A stretch of DNA of 62,602 nt, counting the filler, from Sphacelaria rigidula (taxonomy: Eukaryota), in assembly GCA_964200075.2 (NCBI GenBank). It is 10 parts of 10 records of this genome, joined end to end, with 100 filler letters (N's around TTAATTAATTAA, not from the genome) between each part and the next. Parts side by side here need not be neighbours in the genome. Positions count along the whole stretch, not along the records: positions 43,894 to 50,063 come from CAXNAA020021775.1; positions 50,164 to 56,333 come from CAXNAA020021776.1; positions 56,434 to 62,602 come from CAXNAA020021777.1; 7 more parts are not named here. The stretch is one strand, 5' to 3'. Under the pieces are notes generated by a model that worked only from the letters and a program-made list of their open reading frames with translations, did not search any database and was not told the origin of the DNA. Position numbers and translations under genes: made by a program. Below are positions 48,366-61,599 of the stretch, one piece after another; the stretch's first letter is position 1; each line of letters starts with the position of its first letter.

Positions 48366-51097
48366 GTAAGGGCTCGACTGTACTGTGCTCCTCGAAATGT
48401 CTTCGGAAACGCCTCGTCCGCATCATCGAAGGGGGGAAGGATGGGGGGGGGGGGAGGCAGCGGGGGAAAATGTGAATCTAGGAGAGTTAGGATTTGGATC
48501 TATGTTTTAGATCTAGAAGAAATGGATCTGGGTGATGTGAGGATTTGGACGTGGGAGATTTGAGGACGTGAGCCCGGGGGATTTGGGGATTTGGATCGGG
48601 AAGATTTGGGGGGTTTGGGTGTGGGGGATTTGAGCGTTCGAGCACGAGAGATGAAGGAATTGGATAAGGGAGATTCTAGGATTTGGATGTGGGAAAGTCG
48701 AGGATTCATGGCACGGTCACGCCCCGGTGGGAGGGTAGGTGTGGCTGGTTCCGCTGGTTCGTCCAATGAATACTGAATTTGCAGTACAGTTAGATCCGCT
48801 CTGGGCAGAGGGTTCTGTTCAGTGCACACGAACCTCAAAATATCGATATATGGGTGATGACCTGATACGTTGGCTGTGCGTGCGACCTTGAATTAGACTG
48901 TTATTCCAGGTAGTGGAACTTCTGTTTGCTTACATTGCACTTCCTCCCGACCTGGCTCCGAGATTAAACGTGAATTTCATTCGTAAGCATCTGAACAGTA
49001 GAACAGAAGGGGCTACGTGGTGTAAGTTGACGGATTCTACCGTGATCGTGTCGGACATGTTTTGTCCGCGTACTTCACCCCCCCCCCCCCCCCCCCCACC
49101 CCCCCCCCCCCCCCCCCCCCCCCACCCCCCCCCCCCCACCCCCNNNNNNNNNNAGAAGGGGTTAGGTGGTGTAAGTTGCCGGTTTTTCCCGTGCCCGGTG
49201 CGGACTTGTTTTTTCCCCGTCCTCCCCCCCCCCCCCCCCCCCCCTCCCCCTCCCTCCCTGCCCCCTGCTCCTACCGTCCCTCGCGACGTGCTCGTCGTGG
49301 TGTTACCGCGGCTTCACAGGTGTCTATAGGACACGGGGATGTATCGGTTCTATCCCCAGGAAGCAGGCGCTTCCAGGATATGCTATCTATGCCGCAGGTG
49401 GGCGTATCCTACTGTAACGGCCCACCGTGTTTTGTGCTCTTGTTGTCACTGTTGCTATGATTTCTACTCGTGCATTCATCTTGCTCGTGAATTACTGTCG
49501 CAGCGCATCTGATTCGCTACTGGTGGACAGAGAGCGCTTGGTTTCAGTGGATACTAGAGTCGGGAACTAAGGATGTCTGCGGATGATGGTTCATTTTTAC
49601 GTACGTCAAAAATACCAATGTAGAAAATGTACGTTTTCACCCGAGAATGCAGACTTCTAGTCCCCCCCCCCCACATGCTCCGTCTCGAAAGGGATGCGTG
49701 GTCAATGGTCAAACGACTAAGGCAAGCAACAAATGAGTACGCCCCCCACCTTCGCCTCAAAGGGGATGCGTGGCCAATGGTCAAACGGCTACGGCAAGCA
49801 ACAAATGAGTACGCCTCCCCCCCTCAATCCCCAACCCCCGCCCCCGCCTGCCGTTCCCTCTTAAGTAATGTTTGATTGTTTGGGATGAGTGTCGCATATA
49901 ACTTGTTCCGCCACGAATCTAGCTGTACTCACGAGATGGACGTCCATCGCTGAATTGAAAAAAAATGGGAGTTTAGACTCGGTTCAAAATCGACGGGAAA
50001 ACCGGGGGGGGGGGGGGGGGGGGCACTGATTTGTTGGTTCTTGTTGTGCTCATCGTATTGACCNNNNNNNNNNNNNNNNNNNNNNNNNNNNNNNNNNNNN
50101 NNNNNNNTTAATTAATTAANNNNNNNNNNNNNNNNNNNNNNNNNNNNNNNNNNNNNNNNNNNNGTTGCTTTATTCTGTGGTATCGCCACTTCCAGAGACA
50201 GCCACGGCTTTTACACTGCCTCATGGGTGTCTATCCGGGAGGGGGGGGGGGATTAACAACGATACAGAAAATTCGAGTCGATAAAATTGACACCGTTCAA
50301 ATAAAGTGTGATCCCAATCAGAGTTGCTCGGTAAGATGAGGGGATTTCCCATGTCACGTGTACGAGCTGGACGATGTGCACGGCGAATTCAACAGGGTTA
50401 CCCTGTATCGATGTGTTTACTATGCATCTAGGGGGTGGCGGGAGCGGCTAGTGGTGCGTGTAACAGGGTGCTTCGTCCATGAAACACGAGATGTTTGTGC
50501 CACTTGTAAATAAGGGCCCGTGAAGGTCCAGCTAGTTCGGCGACGTGCTACGTAAGAGGAAGCAGCCATGTTCCAGGTAAGGAATACCTGTGCGTGTGGG
50601 AGGGCGCTACCCTGGTGTATCGCCACGACCCATCCAGCGCAATATCGAAAATATCATCTGGTCCTCGGTAAAATCAGTACAATATATTGCTAGCTGTAAT
50701 GGGGACAGCGTATGTTGAATCCACAACTGTATAATCTAAGGTCTGGTGTTCGAAGGGTATGGTCTATTGGCTATACGAAAGGGCCGGTGCTGAACTGCTG
50801 AGTTTACTCTACTGTGGTGGTACACGCATGCATGTATCGCGGCATACATTTACACGTCATTACCAAAAATGGTCACTCCAGTACTCATAACTTAACAGCC
50901 GCGGTCCTGCTTTTATCAGGTGCTAATAAAATGAACGTTGTTTTATTTCCTCCAAAGTATCCCTGAATAGATAACATCACGTCCTCGTGACGAACCTCAA
51001 CTCGCGACACATAGCACGGGCGTCTCGTTGACGGAGTTACAACAGGATCGTGGCAAAAGCGACAGAAAAAACGTAAAAGACGCCGGATTACTCTCAC

Positions 51098-51395
51098 CAT
51101 CTCCGTTTGTATCCAAGTCATCGAACAGGGCCTCGGCTTCGGTCTTTGTGTACCCGAAACTCTCCGAAAACGTCAAGAACTCGTCTCGCGACACGAAACC
51201 ATTTCCGTTGCTGTCGCAGTCCATAAACCCTTGGTAGGCATCATGTGCAGTACGCAACAGCGCCGCGCCCGCCGGACTAGTCTCGTCGATGCTTCCAATC
51301 ATTCTCTTCAGAAACTTCGAGAAATCGTTCATGTCTTCAGCCAAAGATCGCATGTTACCCTTCAGAGAGGTGGCGTTCTCCAAGGCCGGCATTAC
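51098..51395 (-). CDS. EF-hand protein, exon with paired EF-hands
   Basis: FMDCDSNGNGFVSRDEF and LFDDLDTNGDG. TTAG acceptor and GTGAGA donor. Confidence 0.8.
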
Positions 51396-51773
51396 CTAAT
51401 GTGCAGGACGGGGTAGTCCGGGGTGTGTGTGTGTGTGGAGGGCGCCTGAGAGTTCGCAGAACACCATACTACGTTCTTCTAAAAACCGGTCATGACAAAG
51501 GGGAAATGCCTACGGGGTGCATAGCAAACCAATTTGACGCGTGTTGAGCTTGGAAAGCAGGGCATGTTGCAAAATAACACCAGACAGTAGCCAAGAGGTG
51601 GTGTGGTGGTATACCACCGATTAGCCGGTTACACGACTTCTTCATGGTCCGCGAAGTATACAGGCTGCGCTCTCCACACTATATTTCGTAGTCAAGATAT
51701 GTAATATAGCGTTCATGAAGCCACTTGTCGTCACCAAACGTAGCATGTCTGGAACCTCGCCCCCCCTCCCTAC

Positions 51774-51916
51774 CTCTCTCAACATATTGTGTACGACGAA
51801 ACCGCCCGTAGAGCATATGGCCGCGAAGATGGGGCATACTATAGTCGCCTCCGCCCTCCCATGCATGGTTACACGCCGCTTCTGCCCCGCCAAACGCCTT
51901 CTGGAGAACGCAGGGT
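51774..51916 (-). CDS. EF-hand protein, candidate middle exon (NPAFSRRRLAG...HNMLRE)
   Basis: CAG acceptor and GTAGGG donor. Phase 1/0 joins the flanking exons in frame. Confidence 0.5.
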
Positions 51917-51986
51917 CTGTGATCAACAGCTAAGATGCGTGTATTTGTCCGAAGTTGAGTAGTTGAAGTCCTCTAGGCGTACGCAC

Positions 51987-52374
51987 TTTCAAGTAGTTTA
52001 TCCTGATCCATCTCAAAATATTTCATGCTTCGTTCATGATATCGGACACAAAAAACCGCTGACGACCATCCTTCGACCGCCTTAATGCAGGAAATATATG
52101 GACCTTGGAAAGTTGCAACAAAAAGTTCCCACAACGTAAATGGACGGTATACCTGCTCCACGGTGAGTTCACTCATGCCTTCCACAGTTTCTTCCGCCAC
52201 AGCTAATAGCGTCAATTCTCCCGCCGTTTGAAGGGCAACCCACCCAACCGCTTCCGCACCCAGTTCTGCGAGAGCCGTCACGTCTCCGCAAGCCGCTCGT
52301 ACGCCTTGAAAAATTTTGTAGCCACAGTAGGCGGCACGGGCCAAGTATTTCGTTCGCCGGGACATCGAAGGCAT
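51987..52374 (-). CDS. EF-hand protein, candidate first exon (MPSMSRRTKYLARAAYC...DQDKLLE)
   Basis: 129 open codons plus 1 nt, then a GTGCGT donor. Protein-like Ala/Leu/Val-rich composition. Confidence 0.55.
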
Positions 52375-55068
52375 TCTTATTCGATGGTGCCGTGTGATAT
52401 AGGTGTAGCTTCTCTTTCCTGCAGAGGTCGACGGTAGCAGCGGCGGCATCGACAGTGCAAGTAAAAAACATGATCTAAAAATGCAAGAAATTCAGAAATC
52501 TGGATGAAAGAGAGCGTCAAGGCGTTTTGGTGGGGAGCTGGTCTTCTCAATGCGGTCAACGCGGGTAAGGTAGCCGGTACTATCATCGAGTCGCACAACA
52601 GGAGTAGGAAACGTCCTCGAGACACGCCCCATGCGTTCAGGTTCACGTAGAAGTTTGTTGGTCATTGGCCGGAGCCTGCTGTGGAACAGAGAGCCCACGG
52701 CCACTTGTCGAAGCAGGGGGTCAAAAGTCTTGGTCTGGCAGCCATGGCGCCATCATTTCCCTCTGTATTCATGGACGAGTTTGAATAGTTCAGCTACCAA
52801 AACGCGACTCAGAGTTTGTATGAATCCTGTGCAAGGTGCTTGAATTCCCGGTTTCAATGGCAAGTGTTTGTTTCGCACAACCAGACATAAAACTCGCCAC
52901 GTATGGCGGGTGGCTGTTTCCCCATCATCATTCACTGTGGGTGACGGTGGGAAGTCCGGCAGTATCATTGTATAGATGGCAATCGAATTGTTGCTTCACA
53001 ATCACCCTTGATTCGTAGGATAACCCTCCTCGTATGGGTGACTTTTCTCGTAGCATTAGCTGCAAGTACCACCGTAGTAGAACTCGCTACGACACTTGGT
53101 CAGGAGACATCCGTTCAATATGTACAGGGCTTTCAGTAGTAGCTGAAGCACGCACTCTATCACAGCAACTGCTTACTTGCAGAGAGTAGTAGCCGTGCAG
53201 TAGTACGGTGTGCTCCGTGCTGAAATGGATTGATGTGTACAATCGGGGCGGGCGGGGGGGGGGGGGGGGGGGGGGCTGGGGAACGCCAAAAACAAACACA
53301 GGGAACGAACCCCCCCCAAACAANNNNNNNNNNCGTGTGGGTTTTTTCGGTGTGTGATGAGGTATGGATTCCGTCTGGGTTCGCGGCCAGATCGGGTCGG
53401 TGGTAAGTCTGCGGAACGCAAAAAACATACACAGGGAACGAACGCCCTGCAAACAATCTACCCGAGACATAGTACGGCACAACCGCCCTCCAGTACCGTG
53501 TGCCTGGAGGCCCATCGATCCCATTGATGTACCGCCATTGCCGTTCGGCAAGTGTGTGTGCCTGGCCGCTGTCCGTCCCTCACCACAGCACTGTACTACG
53601 GTACAGTAAGTGATCAACCCACCTGATGGGTGTCGCCTTGTCTGTCGCGTGCAGCTCGTAAGTGGTGTGCAGGCCAAGATTTTCGAGTTTGAGTAAGAGC
53701 GAAGCAAAAGTGATACCGTCGGGGTCACTTTGCACCCGTTTGTGGAGACATAGCCGACATTTGGCACATAGGTGAAGCCGCTTCGGCGCTACTACGTCGT
53801 AAAACAGAATATTAAGGGCTGTTGTCGGAAGAGGCGTTATCTTTCAATTAACCCATAGATGACGGGGTATATCATTCCTAATTACATGTATCTCAACCTT
53901 GATTTTCGCGTGAAACATAGCGAAAACGAGGTCGAACACTTTGTGCTCGGCCTTTTTGCTGAAAGCCTTTCAAAACTTGTCCAATGCTCTCAGCATGAAC
54001 GTATCCTCTATCGATCTATCGATGAACCTGAGGTTGACAGCCTTACCGCTACCACTACGGGGTGTTATATCCCGTCATGTCTTCTGACCGAATTTGCGGG
54101 AGGGGTACCCACATACAACCCATACAGCACGCGGGTGGCAGAGGGGACGAAACATGGAGCTCCGTCCTCACAACACATACAGCATCACCGTACAAAGGTT
54201 GCAGGGATGGAGCTCCATGTTTCATTACAGGAATCGTGATGGTGGGGGGTGGGGGGACAGGTGTACCGGCTCTGGAAGGTGGCTGGGACGCTGTGCCCTG
54301 CGCGCCATCCAGCCCCCCCTAGAGGTATGCGCAGTCTCTGTGTTTCCGTTGCGATGTTCTCGTATTTATTTCTCCTTGTGTGCGGTTAAAATGCGTGTAG
54401 GATATGCTTGGTAGAGGCGGTCGCAAAATGGCCGAGGCGCGGCGTCTCAACTCCATGCGTATCGTATGTACAACGGCGGGGGGCGCGGTTGAACGCTTCA
54501 CTTCAAGAGTAGGTCATCATTGGTTGAATCGGTATCAAGTTCACTTGAAAAAAGTGGGCATGATCCAGATGGACTACCCGCATCGCGGTTTAGGGGTTAT
54601 AAAGAGAGGTCACAATGGCTCGGCACACCACGCTCTAAAACCGAACCCAGTTTCTCTTACACCGCACCTACCCAACATTCCCCCGCACTTTTAGTGTGGA
54701 TGGCCGAGTTTCGATCAAGGAAAGCGAAACAAACTTGAGAGGCAGACTTCGTGTGAAGTTGCAAGAGCTGCCGACAAGCGCACTCGTAATGTCTGTTGCT
54801 GGGTACCGCAGGAAGGATGTAGGTTCTTGATTGTTACAGGTGACGTTCATTCGCACCCTTGTTGGCTTCAGGGCGTGTCTAGGCTTTAACTTATTATGCT
54901 AGCATAATTTCTGGCATAATTCCACCTTGGTAGCATAAATAGCATAGCGTTTCAGCAAGTAGCATAAATAGCATAGCGTTTCAGCCATTAGCATGATTGC
55001 GTATAATATTCATGTTGGGAGCATAATCGAGCATAATTTTTCACCATAGAGGTCGGAATACTGATCCA

Positions 55069-55533
55069 AGACCACTTTGTCTGGCAACCAATACGTATTT
55101 TGTATATGAGGATTTCAGCCCGTGTAAATCTGATTTCCTCCCGTGGATTGATTTTTCGGACCCCAGTCCGTTCGGCAATGTTTTTCGCCTAGCAGCTCTG
55201 AGGAAACCAGATCAATTCCGAGATTCTCTGGGCGCTGACTTTTGGCCCATCACCTTCCTGCTCAGATCGGGGGACTCCTGCATCTCCCCCGATTTGGGTC
55301 CCAGATTCGAGGGAGATGTGGGAGTCTTCTGGTCTGAGGAGAAAGGTGATGGACCAAAAGTCAGCGCCCAGAGAATCGGAGAATTGATCTGGTTTCCTCA
55401 GAGCTAGGCAAAAAACATTGCCCAACGGACTGGGGGTCCGAAAAATCAATCCACGCGAGAAAACCGGATTTAAACGGGTTGAAATCCTCTTTTGTACAAA
55501 TAAATACGGATTGGTTGCCATACAAAGTGGTCT
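55069..55533. mobile_element. 465-bp foldback element (possibly Mutator-like)
   Basis: AGACCACTTTGT...ACAAAGTGGTCT, with arms of ~225 bp pairing to a loop near 55300. The flanks are only weakly similar. Confidence 0.85.
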
Positions 55534-58117
55534 AAATGCTGGCCTGCTGTGATCTTTTGGGCGAAAACTCTGCTATCATTGACCGCGGGTCTCAAATAGG
55601 CGTATGCTTTCGAACTAGACATTCAAACTGCCAGTGTGATCGATCGAAGGTCTGAAAAACGTTGCAGTACCGTTGTGAAGAAGCGAAGCAAAGGGTACCA
55701 GCGTATTACTTGGCATGTATTCGAGGAACTTCAATACAGGACATCTCGGAACCGTTTGGATGTGGGATGTGGGGGATAGGTGGGAAGCCTACGTATATGC
55801 TATTATTTTTCGTTATGTTTGTCCGCATTCCGCGTCTCTGGACGCAGGTGCAACAATCACGGGGCTTGAGAGCGCACCATTCCTCCGAAGTCAGACGCAC
55901 CAGCGGCCAGTATTTGATTATTACTTTTCTCTGTGATCAACAGCGTCTCCTGCTTTTTCTTGGAAATTTGCGCTCTCGTCGATTTGTTCACTCAGAATTT
56001 CACAATTTTTCGCGACTTCGCCACCACTGACTACTCTACCTCTCTGTAGGATTTTCACAATTCTCGGTCACTTCGACCACTGACAGCTCTATCTGTCTCG
56101 GATTATCATACTATTTCTCTTGCCGCTTTGGCACCACCTCACAAGTGACTTCGCCAGCCGTTTGCGCGAAGTTTACTCTGGAACCAGTGATGTCTCCAGC
56201 CGTTTGACCTCATTTCGCGCCCAGTGACGCTCCCGGCCCTTTGACCCCCGTTTCGCAATAAATAATTCAAGGGTCGGTCAAATAATGATTCGTCTGAAAA
56301 TTACTTGGTTTTAGTAGAATGAGTCGACTCGTGNNNNNNNNNNNNNNNNNNNNNNNNNNNNNNNNNNNNNNNNNNNNTTAATTAATTAANNNNNNNNNNN
56401 NNNNNNNNNNNNNNNNNNNNNNNNNNNNNNNNNGATTAAAAAAACAAACAAACAAACAAACAACAAACGCCAGATCTGTCAGAAGTGTACACCGAAAGAA
56501 AGGAAGATATATATATATATATATAATAAATATTTACACCATCTTATTTTCGTTTCTCAGTCTACTCTGTCTGTTGTACCTTTTCTGTTTCCTTCAATTT
56601 TCTCTAACGAGTGTTTCCACTTGTTTTTTTAATCTCGATTACGTCTTTCATGTGACCACGGCTGGATATCGGGGGATGAGGTAGAGTACACCGGCCAGTC
56701 AATCAAACAATCTACGCAAAAAACTGCGCTCGAATCGCATTCGTGGTCGACGAGAACTGGAGTGATCTAGCCGGCCTATTGATGGAGTTTTCCGAACAAG
56801 CTCCCGTCCTCAACAATAGCAAATGGAATAAAACCACAGACAGAGGGGATGGGGGGTGCAGACTAGGAGGAGAGGCCTGAGTGGGAGTAACTGTTTTGCG
56901 GTGCCTATAACTGTTGTGTCCACGTGTAATGCACTTCGCCAAATTATGAGCAAAAAAGAGCGGCCGACTGTGTACTCAGCTGCGCAGTGAACCCAAGGTA
57001 GAGAGCGTGGCGTGTACTGGAACAGACAACATAATGGTGACTGTGCTATGCGGTTCCGTTTGTTAGTTGTGTTGAGTCTACCTGTATCACCATGTGCACT
57101 GCACCGTTTGTACAGTCCCCGTCCGCTGCGCTAAAGCTTCACTTTTGTATCAGAAAAACATGGAGCAAGTGTTTCAAACAGGGTGGGTCATATTTTGTAG
57201 TGGCATAATTTTCAGTTGAAAAATGAACGCAGGACCCAGGTGATCCGTGCCGGTCAACAAGGTTCATTTTTAGAGCTGGCGGCAGTACATGCTCCTGCTC
57301 TTCAAATGGTTGGTGTACTCTGACCGTTGGTGGTAGCCATAGGCAAAGGGAAGAAATGCAGCAGGAAGTAGAGAGAAGACACCACTGTGCTGTGCTGTGC
57401 TGTGCTGTGCTGTGCTGTGCTGTACTGTACTGTACGTTGTAGATCGACTTTGTTTATCTATTAATCATCCCCGGGGTGGGCCATCTGTGTTTCGTTGGCA
57501 TGGTTTTGTCTTGAAAAATGAATACAAGACTCAGATGACCCACTGTGACGGTCCAAGGGTTCAATTTTAGAGCTGGCGGCAGGAAGAGGTAACGCCCTCC
57601 AACGGTGTCGTGTGGTCTGATCTTTCGTGATACTCGTCGACAACACTGCACTGCACTGTACTGTACTGTACTGGACAGCTTCTTGTTTGCATTGTACTAT
57701 TGTGACACCGGTTTAGTTCAACTTTGTCTAAAGTCACTCCAAGCGCGGTTTACCTGTGTTCCATCCGCGGCATTTTTAGTTGGAGACGAATACACAGACT
57801 GTATGGCTGTAAGAAATGCACCTAGGCAGTGTGTGTGTCATCATATGCGTAGAAGGCCTTCTGGGGCTCTCTTGTAACCGATCGGACGGATCGTTCGCTC
57901 TGAGTGGCTAGCTTGATTTTTCCATTAGGAAGAGCCTTAACACCTTTTTGGAGAATTTTCCCATACGAGTGTGTTTTGTGAGCGATTGGCACCCCCCACA
58001 GTTGATGACGAGTGCTACACTTTTCACCCCATCTCGCTCCATATCACCCTACCCAACACAACCCCACTCCCGCCCACACCGAACGTGCTGACACCCTCCT
58101 CCCGCCCATTCGAAAAG

Positions 58118-58560
58118 ACGAGCGACAAGTGGATGCGAGTGGCGTACCATGGACGAGAGGACGGCTGGACTCTGACTGCCAACAAGCGAGGTCCGACCAT
58201 GTCCCCGACAGAAGGCGACGTTGCTGCTGCTGCGCTGGCCTTCGCCGAGCAAGAGGCCAAATTTGCTGAAGCAGAAGCCGCCGCGGCCGCTGCAGCGCCG
58301 AGTGGCGACGACCGGCCGTTAACGGGAGCCAAACCCGCGGCGTCGGCACCGTCAGCCGAAGAGCGATCGCTGGGGGCCACCGCCACCGAGGCTGGGGATG
58401 AACGTCCGCTCGGCGGAGCAACAAGGCCGCCGAGAGAATTTCCGGCAGAAGATGGAGGCTCCGGCAGCACGAAGGGGAACGAGCTGCAGGAGAAGGAGGA
58501 AAGTGGTAGTCGTGATGACTGCGATGGCGAGGGAGCAGAGGTATTCATGACTGCGCACGG
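58118..58560 (+). CDS. Duplicated exon A, unknown protein (KWMRVAYHGREDGWTLTANKRGPTM...; D/E-RPL repeats)
   Basis: AAG acceptor and open frame, ending CACGG|GTGAGG or read through to TGA at 58564. Synonymous-biased divergence from copy B. Confidence 0.75.
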
Positions 58561-59613
58561 GTGAGGGAGAGTGAAATGAGTAGCTTAATACCGCTGACTT
58601 GAATCTTCTTTTTATTGTCGGGGACGAGCATGATTTTGGGGTCACTTTGCTGGTCGACTTGAGTGTGCTCTTAATTGTCGCGTGGTCTCAAAATGACCTG
58701 TTGATGATGCGTGAAATTTACGTGTTCCCGTTGGCTTCATATTTCTACCCAGTGAGGAAATGTCGCGTGCTTGCCACCAACCTTCTCTATCCCTTCCTGG
58801 GGCGAACTGCTCAGCAGAAGTCGTCATTGCACACGGTGCCATGCGCTTCACCCTTGGCGACTTGTGCTCGTATTTCTCGCGTGCGTGCACGTTACTCTTG
58901 ATGGTCCTTGGCCATGTTGTTCCCTACTTGATTTCTCGGTGTGCTTCATGGCCGACCCTGCGTTGCCAGTCTTCTCAAACTGCGGGAGGAGGCGGATCCG
59001 TGTTCTATGGACGTGGGTGTTCTTGGGCGAGGGGACATCGTGAAGGTTTTGGAAGTGAGTATTGTTTTTTGATTGAGCGGCGGACGTGTTTTGAAACTAC
59101 CACTTTACTGGACTATTGTGGCCCAGGAGTCCGTGCAAAGCACCACGAGTCGACCGTGCGTGATGTCCAGTTGTTTTTACCCATCCTCTCTTCTTGTAGG
59201 TATTCATGTGTCGTGATATTTCCACCACGCCATAATTGCCGAGATGAAATTCGTGCAGAGTTCGTGAACTACCCTTGAAACCCTTTATTCCGCGTTGAAA
59301 TATTCCAGCGGTGCATATCCGTCTTCAGTCGTTGCAAGATGACCTGTTTCGTTCGATCTGCGTGCGTGCGCTCCTGTACAAAGCTGCTTTTGAAATATTT
59401 TAGTGCGTTTTTGCTTTCAACTACTTCAACAGGGTAAATCTTGACTCGTTGTTGTTATATTGCATGCATTATTGTAGAACCTGGGTGAGATTCCTGTTGT
59501 GATTGTAGTGCGAAAAGTAGAGGGTTGCACACTCTGTTTCCGAATCAACACGTGCCTCTTTAAATCTAACCCTGTCGTCATTCCCCGCCCCGGTGACTCC
59601 CTGACTTTAAAAG

Positions 59614-60011
59614 ACCAACGGCAAATGGGTGCGAGTGGCGTACCGTGGACGAGAGGACGGCTGGACCCTGACTGCCAACAAGCGAGGCCCGACCATGTCC
59701 CCTACAGAGGGTGACGTGGCCGCCGCCGCGCTGGCCTTCAACGAGCAGGAGGCCAACTTTGCCCAAGCAGAAGCCGCCGCGGCCAGTGTGGCGCCGAGTG
59801 GCACCGACCGACCGTTAACGGGAGCCAAACCCGCCGCCGGTGTTGGCGATGAACGCCCGCTCGGCGGCGGGAAAGGGGCGTGGGCGCCACCTAGTGAATT
59901 TCCGGCAGACGGAGGCTCTAGCAGTGGTGCGGGTGGTGAGCTGCAGGATAAGGAGGGTGGTGGTGGTGAAGGTGCTAGCGGGGAAGGAGAAATGTTCATG
60001 ACGGCGCTCGG
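59614..60011 (+). CDS. Duplicated exon B
   Basis: AAG acceptor at the homologous position, ending CTCGG|GTGAGA or TGA at 60015. Confidence 0.75.
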
Positions 60012-61599
60012 GTGAGAATGTGTAGGGGAGTGTGGAATTTGGTGTCCAGTAGTACCACGTCGTCTCGGTGGTCAAACTGGTACCGCAGCAGTCGTTTTTT
60101 TTTTCACTCTTCCAATTCCCTTCTCTTCTTCAGGACGGGTCCGCATTTTCAAGAGATTTAGTCATGTAGTCATCCCTCCCCCGGTGCAACAGACGCCTGA
60201 TGAAGGGAAGGGGTGGAAAATGCATGACATAAACGTCAGCATCTCCTGCACTCATGAAACAAACACCTTACCAACAACCGACCACATGACCCACGAGAAG
60301 GAACACCAAGCGGTACGCAGGCTTCTTGAGATCGTGAAGGATAGAAGCTGGTACGAAGTGTAGGGGAATCGTTGGCCAAGCTTTCGGCAGCGAAGGTCTA
60401 CTCGGAAGCGTCAGTGCAGTAGCAACCCATGGTGAATCGTACGCGGAGTGGGAAAAGTGATGTACAGGACATCCCGATGTAGGTAAGACCTTGTGTTATG
60501 CAAGCTGTCCTTGAACTTTACACGGTGAAGATGACCTCCCTGGAGAAAAGTAACCAGTACAGCAGCGGGGCAATAAGATAGAAGATACGATCATGGCACG
60601 CCTGGATGGTTTCACGGTACGGACGAACAATCGTCGTTTCGGATAACAAAATCTAGGACTTTTCAGGCGCGATTACTCGAAAGAGCGAAAAAAGTCGACT
60701 GCTGGTCAAAAAGGTCTCGACGCAATTTTTGCTCCATTACGTCCCTGAGCCGCGCGTACCTAGGTTGCAACGCTGAAAACAAAGCTTGGGGATTGATTCG
60801 TACGGTCCGAATTAATTACATTAGAATCAAGTAGTTTCGAGACGAATCATTCATTTGTCCGACCTTTGGATGGTTGACCATGAAGATCGCCTGGCACAAA
60901 CGTGGGGTACTTGTGTCAAAGTTGTTGAACTTGGCTTCAGGCTACGAGCCCATGTTAGAGGCATTATTTAGTGTCGGTGAGCCAGCAAAATAGCTAAAAG
61001 GCGCCAGACCCCCAACGAGTACTAGGATTGGGATGTCCCTGTACGTTGAAGATATCCCACCGATACAAATTAAATGAACAAGCTGGATATTCTCTCGAAG
61101 GAGATCGAGAGAGAGACGGTGAGGAAGGGCCGATAGCGGAGTAAAGATTGGCTGTGTAAAGTACTAGTACTGCTGGTATTCGGAGTCCGTAGCGACATGA
61201 TGAAAATAGAGTTAGAAAACAAATGCGATGAAGTTGGATTATACTGTTTGGCAACAGGAAAAGTAGAAAGGGGGGGAGAAGACTTCCGAGTCACACTAAA
61301 ATAGAGCGCGAGCAAGGAGTGGGGAAGGATAGAAACAAGTAAGGTTTCGGCATGGATCAAAAGGGTAGGATGGAGAGTGTGCATTGCTAACGGAATAACG
61401 AACCAACGACGTCGTGCACGGGCAAACGGAGGGAAAGAGAGGCAGGAACAGGTAAATGCCCGGGAGGGGAAGGGGAGGAAACACAGCGGCCCGAAGCAAC
61501 TAGACAAAGGCCAAGCCGGCGAGGGGCAGAACAATCAAGCGAGGGAAAGTAGAAGTGAGAGACACGGAACGAGGACAGGAGGCAGCAAGAGAGCAGACA

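Noticed and set aside
49000..49260. Imperfect direct duplications beside 10-N gaps and poly-C/G runs (also 53250-53460)
   Set aside because: One copy looks like an error-rich version of the other next to a homopolymer and a scaffold gap, so it is most likely an assembly artefact.
53859..55936. Possible plus-strand multi-exon gene (frames near 53900, 54415, 54695, 55848)
   Set aside because: Splice sites and frame are ambiguous and no motif is recognisable, so I cannot support a model.
6172..56433. Regularly spaced TTAATTAATTAA motifs about every 6.27 kb
   Set aside because: These are artificial linkers between length-sorted contigs, not a biological periodicity.
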